From the NCBI GenBank assembly GCA_000252485.1, contig JH610995.1, forward strand, positions 7,369-39,368: a stretch of DNA of 32,000 bases, written 5' to 3'. A program made the translations under genes and the position numbers. Numbering within the stretch: position 1 is the stretch's first letter; each line of letters starts with the position of its first letter. This document shows, piece after piece, positions 1 through 8,989 of this stretch. The DNA is from Prochloron didemni P4-Papua_New_Guinea. Its GTDB lineage: Bacteria; Cyanobacteriota; Cyanobacteriia; Cyanobacteriales; Prochloraceae. The notes beneath the pieces were generated by a model. The model saw only the letters and a program-made list of their open reading frames with translations, did not search any database and had not been told where the DNA came from.

Positions 1-1
1 C

Positions 2-337
2 TGGATTCCTAAACGTCGGAAAAAAGTCTTAATGGGTGATGTTAAATCTTGTTTGTCCGTTATTTTACATGAGGTGGCTACTGAAAATGGTTGGTTCATT
101 AAAGCTATTGAGATCGCTCCTGACCACGTTCACCTTTTAGTCGAACACGGCTCTCAAGTTGCCATTCATCAAATCATTAAGGCTTTTAAAGGACGCTCTT
201 CTCGCATTCTTCGTCAAGAATTCCCCCATCTATGCAAACTTCCTAGTTTGTGGACTCGCAGTTATTTTTATGACACGACAGGGAAAGTTAGTACGACAAA
301 AATTATGAACTATATTAACGACCCTCATCATTCCTAA
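2..337 (+). CDS. tnpA: IS200/IS605-family transposase TnpA (Y1 HUH), 5' end outside the window
   Basis: ORF 32..337 stays open upstream to the window edge (WIPKRRKKVLMGDVKSCL...). It contains the HUH-type motif 'PDHVHLLVE', the 'R.SSRILRQEFP..' segment and the terminal 'YFYDTTGKVSTTKIMNYI' with the catalytic-Tyr-like region. Confidence 0.88.
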   Translation, partial: WIPKRRKKVLMGDVKSCLSVILHEVATENGWFIKAIEIAPDHVHLLVEHGSQVAIHQIIKAFKGRSSRILRQEFPHLCKLPSLWTRSYFYDTTGKVSTTKIMNYINDPHHS

Positions 338-575
338 TGGCGAATAAATTCGCCGTGTCGCTTTAGAGCCCCGCTCTAAAGAGACGGGGCTACCAAGCGG
401 ACGTTTTTCTCGTGTCATTGTTCTTGAGCGCCAAAAAATTTGGCAAGAATATAGAGCGGGAGGGCATGACCTTCCCTCAGCTCGTCGAGTCTGACGAAAT
501 ACTGGGACTCTTCGCGAGAAGCCCACAGTAGCGAAAGCGGTATAGTGTGAAAGATGTTACTCAACTGCTTTTAAC
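338..575 (+). mobile_element. Right part of a decayed IS200/IS605 element (possible TnpB C-terminal fragment and omega-RNA-like end)
   Basis: Follows tnpA directly. No intact TnpB is present. The end 'gaagcccacagtagcgaaagcggtatagtgtga' resembles the GCGAAAGC-capped hairpin seen intact at 9036-9066. Confidence 0.45.
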
Positions 576-595
576 CAATCACAAAAGATTAAACT

Positions 596-3517
596 ATGGA
601 CGACTTGTTATTTGGAACAATTGCTAACGATATGCTAGAACCCGGTCCCGGCGTTCTAGCGTTTGGCGGAGCTGGGATGGACTTAATTGATGCTGCGGCA
701 GGGGGAGGCTTAGGTAGTAGACTCTATGGCGGTAGCGGGAATGACGAAATCATCCTGGATATTGACGGTCGTGGCTTCGGTAGCGGTGGAAACGACAAAC
801 TAGAAAGCGCACCGTCAGAAGAAAACGCAGGGGGCAATCGCCTCTATGGCGGAGAGGGAGAAGACACTCTAACTGCAACCTACAATGATCGCCTATTTGG
901 AGGTAGCGGTAACGATATTCTGGATGTTACCGGCGATGGTAGCGAGAATAGATTATATGGTGGGGCTGGTGATGACACTCTAACTGCAGGTACGGGCGAT
1001 CGCCTGGTGGGACAAGATGGTGATGACTTGCTGATTGCTGCTGGGGGCAATAGTACTTTAACTGGCGGTGCGGGAGCGGATATTTTTGCCGCTGCTCCCG
1101 AATTCCCCCATGTTCCCAATATAATAACTGACTTCGAGAGTGGAAGTGACAAAATCCAGCTTGACAGTTTCGTCGTTGAGAACTTGACAGAGCTACTCAA
1201 TCAAGGAACCATTAATCCATTGGAAGAAGGAGATGGCACGGTCATTTCCATCGGCGATACCCAAGTGTTTGTCCTGTTAGGTATTGAAGCTGGTAGTCTG
1301 GTTGAAAATGACTTTATTTTCGCTGGCGGCAACAACACCATTGAAAATGCTACCGACTTGGGTGACTTGACCGATAGAGAAGTCAGCGACAGAGGAACGG
1401 TAAATGATGAGGATAGAATTGATTTCTACCAGTTCCAGGTTGGAGAAGAAAGCGAAGTTACAGTCACTCTAACGGGATTGACTGCTGATGCCAACTTGGC
1501 CCTAATTAACGACCTGAATGAAAATGGACAAGTAGACGATGGAGAAGCAATTGCTTTCTCTGCTTTAGAAGGAACTGCTGACGAAGAAATTTTCACCGTT
1601 CTGCAAGAGGGTAGTTACTTCATCCGGGTGCGACAACAGGATGGGGTTGGATTGACCCCTTACGATTTAACTGTCTCCGCTCAAGGTACGGACAGCACTC
1701 TGGCCACAGCCAATGACTTAGGGGATTTAACCAATAGTACGGTAGTAGAAACTGGCTCCGTGCGAACAGGAGACGGATTAGATTACTACAAGTTCTCTGT
1801 AACTCTAGATAGCACGGTAGAAATTAATCTAAACGGTCTGGAGGGGACTTTAACCCGCTTAGAACTGATTGAAGACATTAATGGAGATGAAGAAGTAGCC
1901 GTAGAAGAACAATTGGCTTCTGTTTTCCTCAATAGTGAAGATCTAGTAGATGGAATTAGCTCATCCATAGCTGTTGGGGAATACTTTGTCCTGGTAGAGC
2001 TAGAGCAAGGGGATACGGACTACCAATTAACTATTGATTCGCAATTCAGGGCAGCGGACAACTCGACCGCCACAGCAGTGGACTTGGGAGACATTACCGA
2101 TTCATCAGCAGCAGATAGCGACCTAGTCTACGATGGAGACCCACGAGACTTCTACCAGTTCCAGATTACAGAAGAAAGCGAAGTAACGGTTAATCTCACA
2201 GGCTTGACTGGAGATGCAAACCTGGCACTGATTAACGACCTCAATGACAATGGAGTATTTGATGCGGTCGAAGCAATTGCTTTCTCGGCTTTAGAAGGCA
2301 CTGCCCATGAGGAGATTTTCCAAGTTCTCGGTGCAGGTAACCACTTTATCCGAGTGCGGCAAGACGATGGTGAAGTTGCTCCAGGACTGGCCCGTTACGA
2401 TTTAAGCGTCGCAGCGGAAGGTACAGACAGCACTCTGGCCACAGCCAATGACTTAGGGAATTTAACCAATAACTCCGCAGTAGAAACAGACTCTCTCAGA
2501 ACAGGAGACGGATTAGATTACTACAAGTTCTCTGTCACTCTAGATAGCACAGTAGAAATTAATCTAAACGGTCTGGAGGGGACTTTAACCCGCTTAGAAC
2601 TGATTGAAGACATTAATGGAGATGGAGAAGTAGCCGTACAAGAACAATTGGCTTCTGTTTTCCTCAATAGTGAAGATCTAGTAGATGGAATTAGCTCATC
2701 CATAGCTGTTGGGGACTACTTTGTCCTGGTAGAGCTAGAGCAAGGGGATACGGACTACGAATTAACTATTGATTCGCAATTCAGGGCAGCGGACAACTCT
2801 CCAGCCACAGCAGTGGACTTGGGAGACATTACCAATTCATCAGCAGCAGATAGCGACCTAGTCTACGATGGAGACCCACGAGACTTCTACCAGTTCCAGA
2901 TTACAGAAGAAAGCGAAGTAACAGTTAATCTGACCGGTTTGACTGGAGATGCGAATCTAGCACTGATTCGGGACGACGACGGGGATGGAGAATTTGATGC
3001 GGTCGAAGCATTTGCTTTCTCCGCTTTAGAAGGTACTGCCCATGAGGAGATTTTCCAAGTTCTAGATGCAGGTAACTACTTTATCCGAGTGCGGCAAGAC
3101 GATGGTGAAGTTGCTCCAGGACTGGCCCGTTACGATTTAAGCGTCGCAGCGGAAGGTACAGACAGCACTCTAGCCACTGCTAATGACCTGGGTATTTTGA
3201 CTGGTTCTTTCGCACCAATCAATGACTCGGTCCGAATTGGAGACGGATTAGATTACTACAAGTTTGAAATAACTGAAAACAGCACGGTAGAAATTAATCT
3301 AAACGGTCTGGACGGGACTTTAACCAGGTTAGAACTGATTGAGGATATTAATGGAGATGGAGAAGTAGCCGTACAAGAAAAATTGGCTTCCGTTTTCCTC
3401 AATAGTGACAATCTAGTAGATGGAATTAGCCAACCCATAGCTGTTGGGGAATACTTTGTCCTGGTAGGGCTAGAGGAAGGGGATACGGACTACCAATTAA
3501 CTATCTCTCGATCCTAA
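596..3517 (+). CDS. Large repeat protein: N-terminal RTX/hemolysin-type Ca-binding nonapeptides followed by three ~242-245-aa units with PPC-like domains
   Basis: 973-aa ORF with GG.G.D.L/YGG.G.D repeats from about residue 20, then repeated 'ATDLGDLT..DFYQFQV..ESEVTV.LTGL..DANLALI.D' and 'DGLDYYKFSVTLDSTVEINLNGLEGTLTRLELIEDINGD' blocks. Confidence 0.85.
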   Translation: MDDLLFGTIANDMLEPGPGVLAFGGAGMDLIDAAAGGGLGSRLYGGSGNDEIILDIDGRGFGSGGNDKLESAPSEENAGGNRLYGGEGEDTLTATYNDRLFGGSGNDILDVTGDGSENRLYGGAGDDTLTAGTGDRLVGQDGDDLLIAAGGNSTLTGGAGADIFAAAPEFPHVPNIITDFESGSDKIQLDSFVVENLTELLNQGTINPLEEGDGTVISIGDTQVFVLLGIEAGSLVENDFIFAGGNNTIENATDLGDLTDREVSDRGTVNDEDRIDFYQFQVGEESEVTVTLTGLTADANLALINDLNENGQVDDGEAIAFSALEGTADEEIFTVLQEGSYFIRVRQQDGVGLTPYDLTVSAQGTDSTLATANDLGDLTNSTVVETGSVRTGDGLDYYKFSVTLDSTVEINLNGLEGTLTRLELIEDINGDEEVAVEEQLASVFLNSEDLVDGISSSIAVGEYFVLVELEQGDTDYQLTIDSQFRAADNSTATAVDLGDITDSSAADSDLVYDGDPRDFYQFQITEESEVTVNLTGLTGDANLALINDLNDNGVFDAVEAIAFSALEGTAHEEIFQVLGAGNHFIRVRQDDGEVAPGLARYDLSVAAEGTDSTLATANDLGNLTNNSAVETDSLRTGDGLDYYKFSVTLDSTVEINLNGLEGTLTRLELIEDINGDGEVAVQEQLASVFLNSEDLVDGISSSIAVGDYFVLVELEQGDTDYELTIDSQFRAADNSPATAVDLGDITNSSAADSDLVYDGDPRDFYQFQITEESEVTVNLTGLTGDANLALIRDDDGDGEFDAVEAFAFSALEGTAHEEIFQVLDAGNYFIRVRQDDGEVAPGLARYDLSVAAEGTDSTLATANDLGILTGSFAPINDSVRIGDGLDYYKFEITENSTVEINLNGLDGTLTRLELIEDINGDGEVAVQEKLASVFLNSDNLVDGISQPIAVGEYFVLVGLEEGDTDYQLTISRS
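1327..3517 (+). repeat. Three tandem in-frame ~726-735-bp repeat units within the RTX/PPC gene
   Basis: Equivalent codons for 'DLGD' fall at 1355, 2081 and 2816 (spacing 726 and 735 bp). Three antisense shadow ORFs (1786, 2521, 3256) are also spaced exactly 735 bp. Confidence 0.92.
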
Positions 3518-3588
3518 AAATTCCCACTGAAGATTGAGTGAAAGACAATCCTTCCTTTTCTATGAGAAAGATTGTTTTTCACAAGAAT

Positions 3589-3687
3589 AGGACTTACGCA
3601 AACAAACCTAGAAACCGGGTTTCTCGCCAGGATAAAACAGCAAAATCCAGATTTTTAGTTCAGAAACCCGGTTTCTGCGTAAGTCCT
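3589..3687. repeat. 99-bp MITE-like element with 11-bp perfect terminal inverted repeats (AGGACTTACGC...GCGTAAGTCCT)
   Basis: Direct reading, with an inner inverted pair 'agaaaccgggtttct'/'agaaacccggtttct'. Second copy at 20973-21070. Confidence 0.7.
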
Positions 3688-3800
3688 AAAGAAAAATAAT
3701 CAATTCAATTAATTTATTTAATAGGGGCGCAGGTTGGTGCGCCTCTACATTTTTCTGCCCTTCGGTGACCATTGGCTGCAACCAACAACAGTTGAATTTT

Positions 3801-3988
3801 ATATCAAATCTAAAAATGTTTGCTACAGATACAATAGTGTTATAAATAATTGTAGGTTGGGTCTCCCGATAGCGAAACCCAACATAACAACCCTTGCTGT
3901 TGGGTTTCGTTACCTCAACCCAACCTACGAGTTATAAACTATGATGTAACGCCACTATTTGTAGCAAATATTTTTGTATTTCATATTA
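3801..3988. repeat. MITE-like dispersed element with imperfect terminal inverted repeats around TTTGCTACA
   Basis: Left 'aaaaatgtttgctacagatacaatagtgttata'; reverse complement of the right end is 'aaaaatatttgctacaaatagtgg'. Related copy at 18523-18732. Confidence 0.55.
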
Positions 3989-4102
3989 TATTCTCGATAG
4001 TCAAGGCTTACCCTGAAATTTAGGCAGCCCAGAGGGCTACCCCACGATTGACTTTCTACATATTTAGCCCCAAACAACTACTTTTGACCACACCGGCGAC
4101 CA

Positions 4103-5080
4103 TTAGGGCAAGCCTTGGATCAACCAGTTAACCAACTGCTGCCACTCAGAACAGTTACCCAGAGCATCTCCATCTAACTCGCTGCCCCAGTTGCGGGAAA
4201 ACTCAGTAAAATTTTCTACCCAACTAATAATTCTTTCCACTGGAGGAACACAACTATAATTACAAGCTTGCTGAAGATACTCCACCATCTCTGTCTTATG
4301 TCCAGTATAATATAAATACCAAGCAATCCAAACGAGAGTATCGTGACGCACCCGATTTTCAATTAACCGCAACCTTTCAGGAATTTCCGGTAATTGAAAG
4401 AAATTATCAATTGCGGCGGCAAGAGAACGAGCCTGGGGCAAACCCTTAAACATGGCGCTGCCTTCGTGTTGGCGATAGCAAACTGTCACTCGACGCAACC
4501 AACTACCTCGACAGCCTTGCAGAGCCAATCGCAGCACCATCTCCGTATCTTCTGCTGGCGGGAAGCGAGGGTCGAAACCCCCTACCTTTTCCAACCACTG
4601 CCGACGAAACATCATGGCTGAAGGAAGGACTGGTTTCCATTGCACCCAAGTTTCCAGGTTCAGTTGGGGAACGTCTTCCCAGGGACGAACATCCATGAGA
4701 TACTTACCCTGGGGATCCACGCGCCGCCAACCACTATGGACGATGCCCAAATCTGGTTGTGCCTGGAACCGAGCTACCTGTGCGGCTAGTTTGCCGGGAA
4801 GAAAGTAGTCATCTGCATCCAGAAAAGCGACGAACTCCCCCCGGGCCAGCTGGATGCCGTGATTGCGAGCCATGGATACGCCCTGATTTTCCTGATATAC
4901 GTAACGTATTTTGTTGCGGTAGGATTGCACTACTTTATCTGTGCTGTCGGTGGAACCGTCATCCACCACAATTATTTCCCCATCAATGCCAGTTTGGCTC
5001 AAAACACTGTCTACTGCCTGACAAAGATAGCGATCACAGTTATAGGTAGGAATAATGGTGGTTACTCTCGGTGCTGCCAT
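4103..5080 (-). CDS. Glycosyltransferase family 2
   Basis: 'VTTIIPTYNCDRYLCQAVDSVLSQT..EIIVVDDGSTDST' and 'GVSMARNHGIQLARGEFVAFLDADDYFLPGKL', a GT-A fold with DXD. Start placed at internal MAAPRVTT; the ORF is open to 5098. Confidence 0.92.
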   Translation of the reverse strand: MAAPRVTTIIPTYNCDRYLCQAVDSVLSQTGIDGEIIVVDDGSTDSTDKVVQSYRNKIRYVYQENQGVSMARNHGIQLARGEFVAFLDADDYFLPGKLAAQVARFQAQPDLGIVHSGWRRVDPQGKYLMDVRPWEDVPQLNLETWVQWKPVLPSAMMFRRQWLEKVGGFDPRFPPAEDTEMVLRLALQGCRGSWLRRVTVCYRQHEGSAMFKGLPQARSLAAAIDNFFQLPEIPERLRLIENRVRHDTLVWIAWYLYYTGHKTEMVEYLQQACNYSCVPPVERIISWVENFTEFSRNWGSELDGDALGNCSEWQQLVNWLIQGLP

Positions 5081-5100
5081 GATCTTAATTCTTATCAACC

Positions 5101-5233
5101 TCGACCGAATCTGAAAATTGACAACAAGCTAAAAACCAAGAGGGATAAGGCTTTTCTAGTGTCTGCCATTTTTCGGGTCAACATTCGTCACGAATTAAAT
5201 TTTGAATTTTGAATTTTGAATTTTGAATTCGAC
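5101..5233 (+). repeat. 133-bp dispersed element, copy A
   Basis: Begins TCGACCGAATCTGAAAATTGACAACAAGC and ends (ATTTTGA)n ATTCGAC. Copies B (19945-20077) and C (26885-27017, inverted) have the same length. Confidence 0.85.
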
Positions 5234-5245
5234 CGTCCGGAGCTA

Positions 5246-5527
5246 TTAAGCTTTTTGGCGACGCACTCTGACTCGCTTTTCCGGGTCTTGTTTTTTCACC
5301 CAGGAAAGAAATTTCTTCATCTGGGGTTCATTTTGCAGTTTTTCCACAGTATTATAGCTTTGGGCTAGCTCTGTATTCTGAAAAAGGGTGTGGATCTGGC
5401 TATGACAAGGGGAGCAAATATTTGCTGTGGGTCCAGCAGCAGCTTTTTTCCGTTTGACAGCTTGTCTGGGAACGAGATGATGAACTGTTAACCGTTCCAT
5501 TTCCCTTCCACATAACTCACATTTCAT
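5246..5527 (-). CDS. Small HNH endonuclease-family protein
   Basis: 'MKCELCGREMERLTVHHLVPRQ....NICSPCHSQIHTLF' fits an HNH zinc-binding pattern. Start chosen at internal Met. Confidence 0.75.
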   Translation of the reverse strand: MKCELCGREMERLTVHHLVPRQAVKRKKAAAGPTANICSPCHSQIHTLFQNTELAQSYNTVEKLQNEPQMKKFLSWVKKQDPEKRVRVRRQKA

Positions 5528-5651
5528 TGCTAAAAAAAAGAAGTGGACTTGGGGTGGAGAATTTGTAACAAATAAATAATTAACATTAAGTAATCTAACA
5601 CAAAAATATTGATACAATTGTCCTCAACGATAGGATCGGTTATATTGGCTT

Positions 5652-5757
5652 AGTAGTTGTTTGGGGCTGAATATGTATTTATCAAAGTGGGGTAGCCCCC
5701 CTTCGACTACGCTCAGGGCAAGTCTGGGCTGCCTACTAATAGCTTTCAGGGTAAGTA
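5652..5757 (+). repeat. Dispersed intergenic repeat containing 'ggggtagccccc...gggcaagtctgggctgccta'
   Basis: Related copies near 19687-19812 and inverted at 3994-4094 and 25300-25432. Confidence 0.6.
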
Positions 5758-5986
5758 GTTTGGTGTGATGCGTTCTCAACGCACCCTACTAATAGCTAAT
5801 TAGTTATCGATCATGGGTTATTAGTGACCTGTTACCAATTATAATTCAAAAAGAAGCGCTCCTACTTAATGTGATCGCGATCGCCTTTCGCGGCGCTTCG
5901 CGAGCACAGCATCTCCCTTAGACAGATCGCTGTTACTGACCAAAGTAGTTAATAGGATAATCAAACACATCTATTCTAAGGCGATA

Positions 5987-7039
5987 TTGATGATGATTCA
6001 ACAAATTGCTAAAGTCCATAATCCCATAAACGAACAACCCTGGTGGAATCGCCCTCTTTGGGGGGAAGCGATCGCCCTACAACAACCCTGGTGGAACCGC
6101 CCTCTTTGGGGTCAAGGAAACCTATTTGCCAATCTGAGCAAACCGGAAGTTCCCGAGAAGGCAATATTGCTTCACAATCAACAGTTGCAACAAGCAAGAG
6201 AGATAGCTGAAAAAGCAAAAGCATTAGATAGTCAAGAATTTAGTCACAATCAATTTTTGTTGTTTTTACGCATTGAAAATGATTTAAGAAAGGGTGTTGG
6301 TGAGTATCAAGATTTAGCTCCCATCGCTCAACTATTATGGACTTTGCTGGAAGTAAACAAGCTTTTCCAGGTTGCAGATAGACTTAAATCAAGCAATCAA
6401 AAGTTTGAACAAGAAGAATTATATCCACAGTTATATCAACTCTCCATCACCTTAAGGGAGCAAAATTTAACCAAACAAGAGATATTAACTACCATAGAAG
6501 AAAACTTTGGTGAACTTCTCGAGAATTTAGCAAACGAATGTGAACAAAATCTTTTATCCTCTCATCTTCTAACACCTTCAGAGATAACTAGCGATCGGTT
6601 TATTTCCCACATATTACCTTTCTTGGCTAAATATAACCTCCCTAACTATTCAACCTTGAAAAACATCAACGATCTTGTGGATAGTCTTTCCACAGAATAT
6701 CGGCAAGACCTCAATGCCTTGACTGTTTTGGTGGAGCTAAATTGCCAATTATTCGAGCAAATCGCGCCAATTCTGCCAATACCTGAAGGAAAAAATCCCC
6801 CGAAAACTTATGGGAGAATTATTCAATACATCGCTCTCAGAAACTACTATCAAGCTAGATCTCATCAATTTCAACGACTAATTCAAGTACTCGGCATTTG
6901 GCATGATTACTATAGAAGAGTTATTGAGATTCGCCAGCAATATAGCTGGATCCAATACAAGCAACCGCAAAAATTTCACCTAGAAATTCCTGGCTTAGAA
7001 CTTTATCAGAAATACCGTAGATTTTTGCTGAAAGAATAA
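5987..7039 (+). CDS. Hypothetical protein, helical, with N-terminal duplicated PWWNRPLWG segment
   Basis: 350-aa ORF. Contains 48-bp/16-aa direct duplication 'QPWWNRPLWGEAIALQ/QPWWNRPLWGQGNLFA'. No family recognised. Confidence 0.6.
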   Translation: MMMIQQIAKVHNPINEQPWWNRPLWGEAIALQQPWWNRPLWGQGNLFANLSKPEVPEKAILLHNQQLQQAREIAEKAKALDSQEFSHNQFLLFLRIENDLRKGVGEYQDLAPIAQLLWTLLEVNKLFQVADRLKSSNQKFEQEELYPQLYQLSITLREQNLTKQEILTTIEENFGELLENLANECEQNLLSSHLLTPSEITSDRFISHILPFLAKYNLPNYSTLKNINDLVDSLSTEYRQDLNALTVLVELNCQLFEQIAPILPIPEGKNPPKTYGRIIQYIALRNYYQARSHQFQRLIQVLGIWHDYYRRVIEIRQQYSWIQYKQPQKFHLEIPGLELYQKYRRFLLKE

Positions 7040-7199
7040 ACTACTTCAATTTAGTCCATCTAATGTGGTGGGCAGTGCCGCACCCTACGAAAAAACTCTA
7101 TCAGTAGGGTACTACGCCAACACCACACTATCTATATTGATACTGCTTTTGACTATAGCGATAGATGCTGTGGTGGGCAGTGCCGCACCCTACTAAAAA

Positions 7200-7251
7200 A
7201 CTATCAACTATCCACTATCAACTATCCACTATCAACTATCCACTATCAACT
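7200..7251. repeat. Short tandem repeat (CTATCAACTATCCA)n
   Basis: Direct reading. Related array at about 25481-25534. Confidence 0.85.
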
Positions 7252-7254
7252 GCC

Positions 7255-8844
7255 TTATCTTCTTTGATTCCGTCTGCGATGGTAATCTTCGCTTTCTTGA
7301 TATTCTTCCATTAATTTCACCACCTTTTCTTGAATCTTGCTATGTTCCAAAACCCCTTCATAGGCATAGCGATCGTAACCATTGGTAACGATGAGATTTT
7401 CTAAATAACTCACTCGCTCCTCTGTATGAGGGTGAGTAGAAAGCCATGCAGGAGGACGAGAACGATTTTCATTTTCCGAGTTGAGAGTAACAGTGAGATT
7501 GCGCAATCCATCGGCAGCATAACCGCTAGCAGCCAAAATTTTCGTCCCAATCACATCCGCTTCCCTTTCCATATCCCTGCTGTACTTAAGAACGATGATA
7601 TTAGCAGCAGTACCGCCAAAAGGAATAAACTGGCCGAAGTTAGCAGTTAAATTGCCTTCCGTGACTAATTTAAAACCGTGAGAAAGGACAGCGTGAGATA
7701 TTTCATGAGCTAATAAACCCGCCAGTTCTGCTTCTGACTTAGTTTTGATTAGGGCCCCAGCATTGATGAATATTTTCCCTCCTGGAAGTGCGAAAGCATT
7801 GAGTTGGTCGTCCATAATCAGATGAAATTCGTATTCAAATTCATTGCGACCGGCAAAACTAGCTATTTTATTGCCCATTTCCCTCACATAGGCTAATACT
7901 TCTTCATCTTCAATGGTGGGTATCTGACGCTGAATCTGTTGGGAGAAAGCATCTCCCACGGCTGATTCGCCTTGAAGTAACAAGCTGGTAGTTTCAAGCG
8001 CTGAGAGAGTCCCGAATAAATTGCCAGTGACAGCGAAGTCAAGGATTCCCGTGAGCAAACTCCCGATGGCATTTCCTTTCAAGCGCGATCGCAAATTACT
8101 TTGGTACATTTGCAACTGGCGATGGGCTAACTGAGTAAATTCCTCAGCCTCGGGATGTTCTGGGTTGAGCAAAGCAAACTGACGGGCTAAAATTGAAGCT
8201 TCCAGCCATTTTTCTTGTTCTTCATAAATCTCTATAGTGCCTCGGAGCAACTCCGGTTCGTTGCGATACAGAGTAGTGGCCCGTTCTAAAACTTGTACCG
8301 CCTCTTCTGGTTTGTCATATGCTTTTAAGGCGCGAGCATAGCGCAAATGACCGGGAATGAATTCTGGATATTGCTCCACTAAAAATTTGAGGGGTATGAG
8401 GGTTTTGCTCTCTAACTGCTGCTCTAAACCCTCACCGGATATGCGCCAATAAACTGCTGCGCTGGGAGATAAGTCCTCTGCTTGGTAAAACGCCTCTGGC
8501 AGTGTGTCAACTTCGCTTTCTGCTGTAAAGGGTTCTTTCAGGGAGCGGTATAAGGAAGCTGCTTCAACCTTCTTGCCAGATAAGTAGAGTTGATCTGCTT
8601 CGATGTATTGCTCCTGTTCTGCATATCTGATAGGAGTTATTCTTTCCTCAGCAGCCAGTTCCTCATTCTTCTTTTCCGTATTTGTTTCCCCTCGATCTTC
8701 TTCCTCTTTTGTTTCTGTTTCCGCCTCTGAACTGGCTTCAACATATAAGAGAGCAGGTTGAGGGTCGGATTGGGCTGCAACTGCAGTCGTAGTTGATAAT
8801 AAGATAGCTAAAGCTATGGATAGTGAATGCCTTGGGAGTTTCAT
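7255..8844 (-). CDS. M48-family metalloprotease with N-terminal TPR region (BepA/YfgC-like)
   Basis: Signal-peptide-like N-terminus 'LPRHSLSIALAILLSTTTAVAAQS', HExxH motif in 'ELAGLLAHEISHAVLSHGF', downstream 'MEREADVIGTKILAASGY', TPR-like segments. Confidence 0.88.
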   Translation of the reverse strand: MKLPRHSLSIALAILLSTTTAVAAQSDPQPALLYVEASSEAETETKEEEDRGETNTEKKNEELAAEERITPIRYAEQEQYIEADQLYLSGKKVEAASLYRSLKEPFTAESEVDTLPEAFYQAEDLSPSAAVYWRISGEGLEQQLESKTLIPLKFLVEQYPEFIPGHLRYARALKAYDKPEEAVQVLERATTLYRNEPELLRGTIEIYEEQEKWLEASILARQFALLNPEHPEAEEFTQLAHRQLQMYQSNLRSRLKGNAIGSLLTGILDFAVTGNLFGTLSALETTSLLLQGESAVGDAFSQQIQRQIPTIEDEEVLAYVREMGNKIASFAGRNEFEYEFHLIMDDQLNAFALPGGKIFINAGALIKTKSEAELAGLLAHEISHAVLSHGFKLVTEGNLTANFGQFIPFGGTAANIIVLKYSRDMEREADVIGTKILAASGYAADGLRNLTVTLNSENENRSRPPAWLSTHPHTEERVSYLENLIVTNGYDRYAYEGVLEHSKIQEKVVKLMEEYQESEDYHRRRNQRR

Positions 8845-8989
8845 TGTTCAAATTATTGTAGCTGCTACCACTATGATGAACTATCGCCACAACAGCATCC
8901 ACATTCATGCTGGTAGAAAGTATTTAATAATTCTTAATAAAGAAGATCGTTAAATAAGTTTAATCTAGTCAATTAGTGGACAATAAAGA

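Noticed and set aside
230-526. Minus-strand ORF, 98 aa
   Set aside because: Antisense to tnpA tail and IS remnant; Arg/Ser-rich with no family signature.
880-1200. Minus-strand ORF 106 aa and three 60-aa ORFs (1786, 2521, 3256) inside the RTX/PPC gene
   Set aside because: Antisense shadows of the repeated gene; useful only as evidence for the 735-bp periodicity.
3734-3937. 67-aa plus-strand ORF
   Set aside because: Made largely of MITE-like and 'gtaggttgggt' repeat sequence; no coding signature.
4394-5212. Several plus-strand ORFs across the GT2 gene
   Set aside because: Antisense to a strongly supported glycosyltransferase; the longest ends in the 133-bp repeat.
5865-5935. Possible small structured RNA (cgcgatcgcctttcgcggcgcttcgcgagc)
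   Set aside because: Palindromic HIP1-type sequence common in cyanobacterial intergenic DNA (compare about 22522-22551); no support for a specific RNA family.
7200-7251. Possible CRISPR array from the CTATCAACTATCCA repeats (also 25481-25534)
   Set aside because: The repeats are contiguous with no unique spacers and no cas genes; they are simple tandem repeats.
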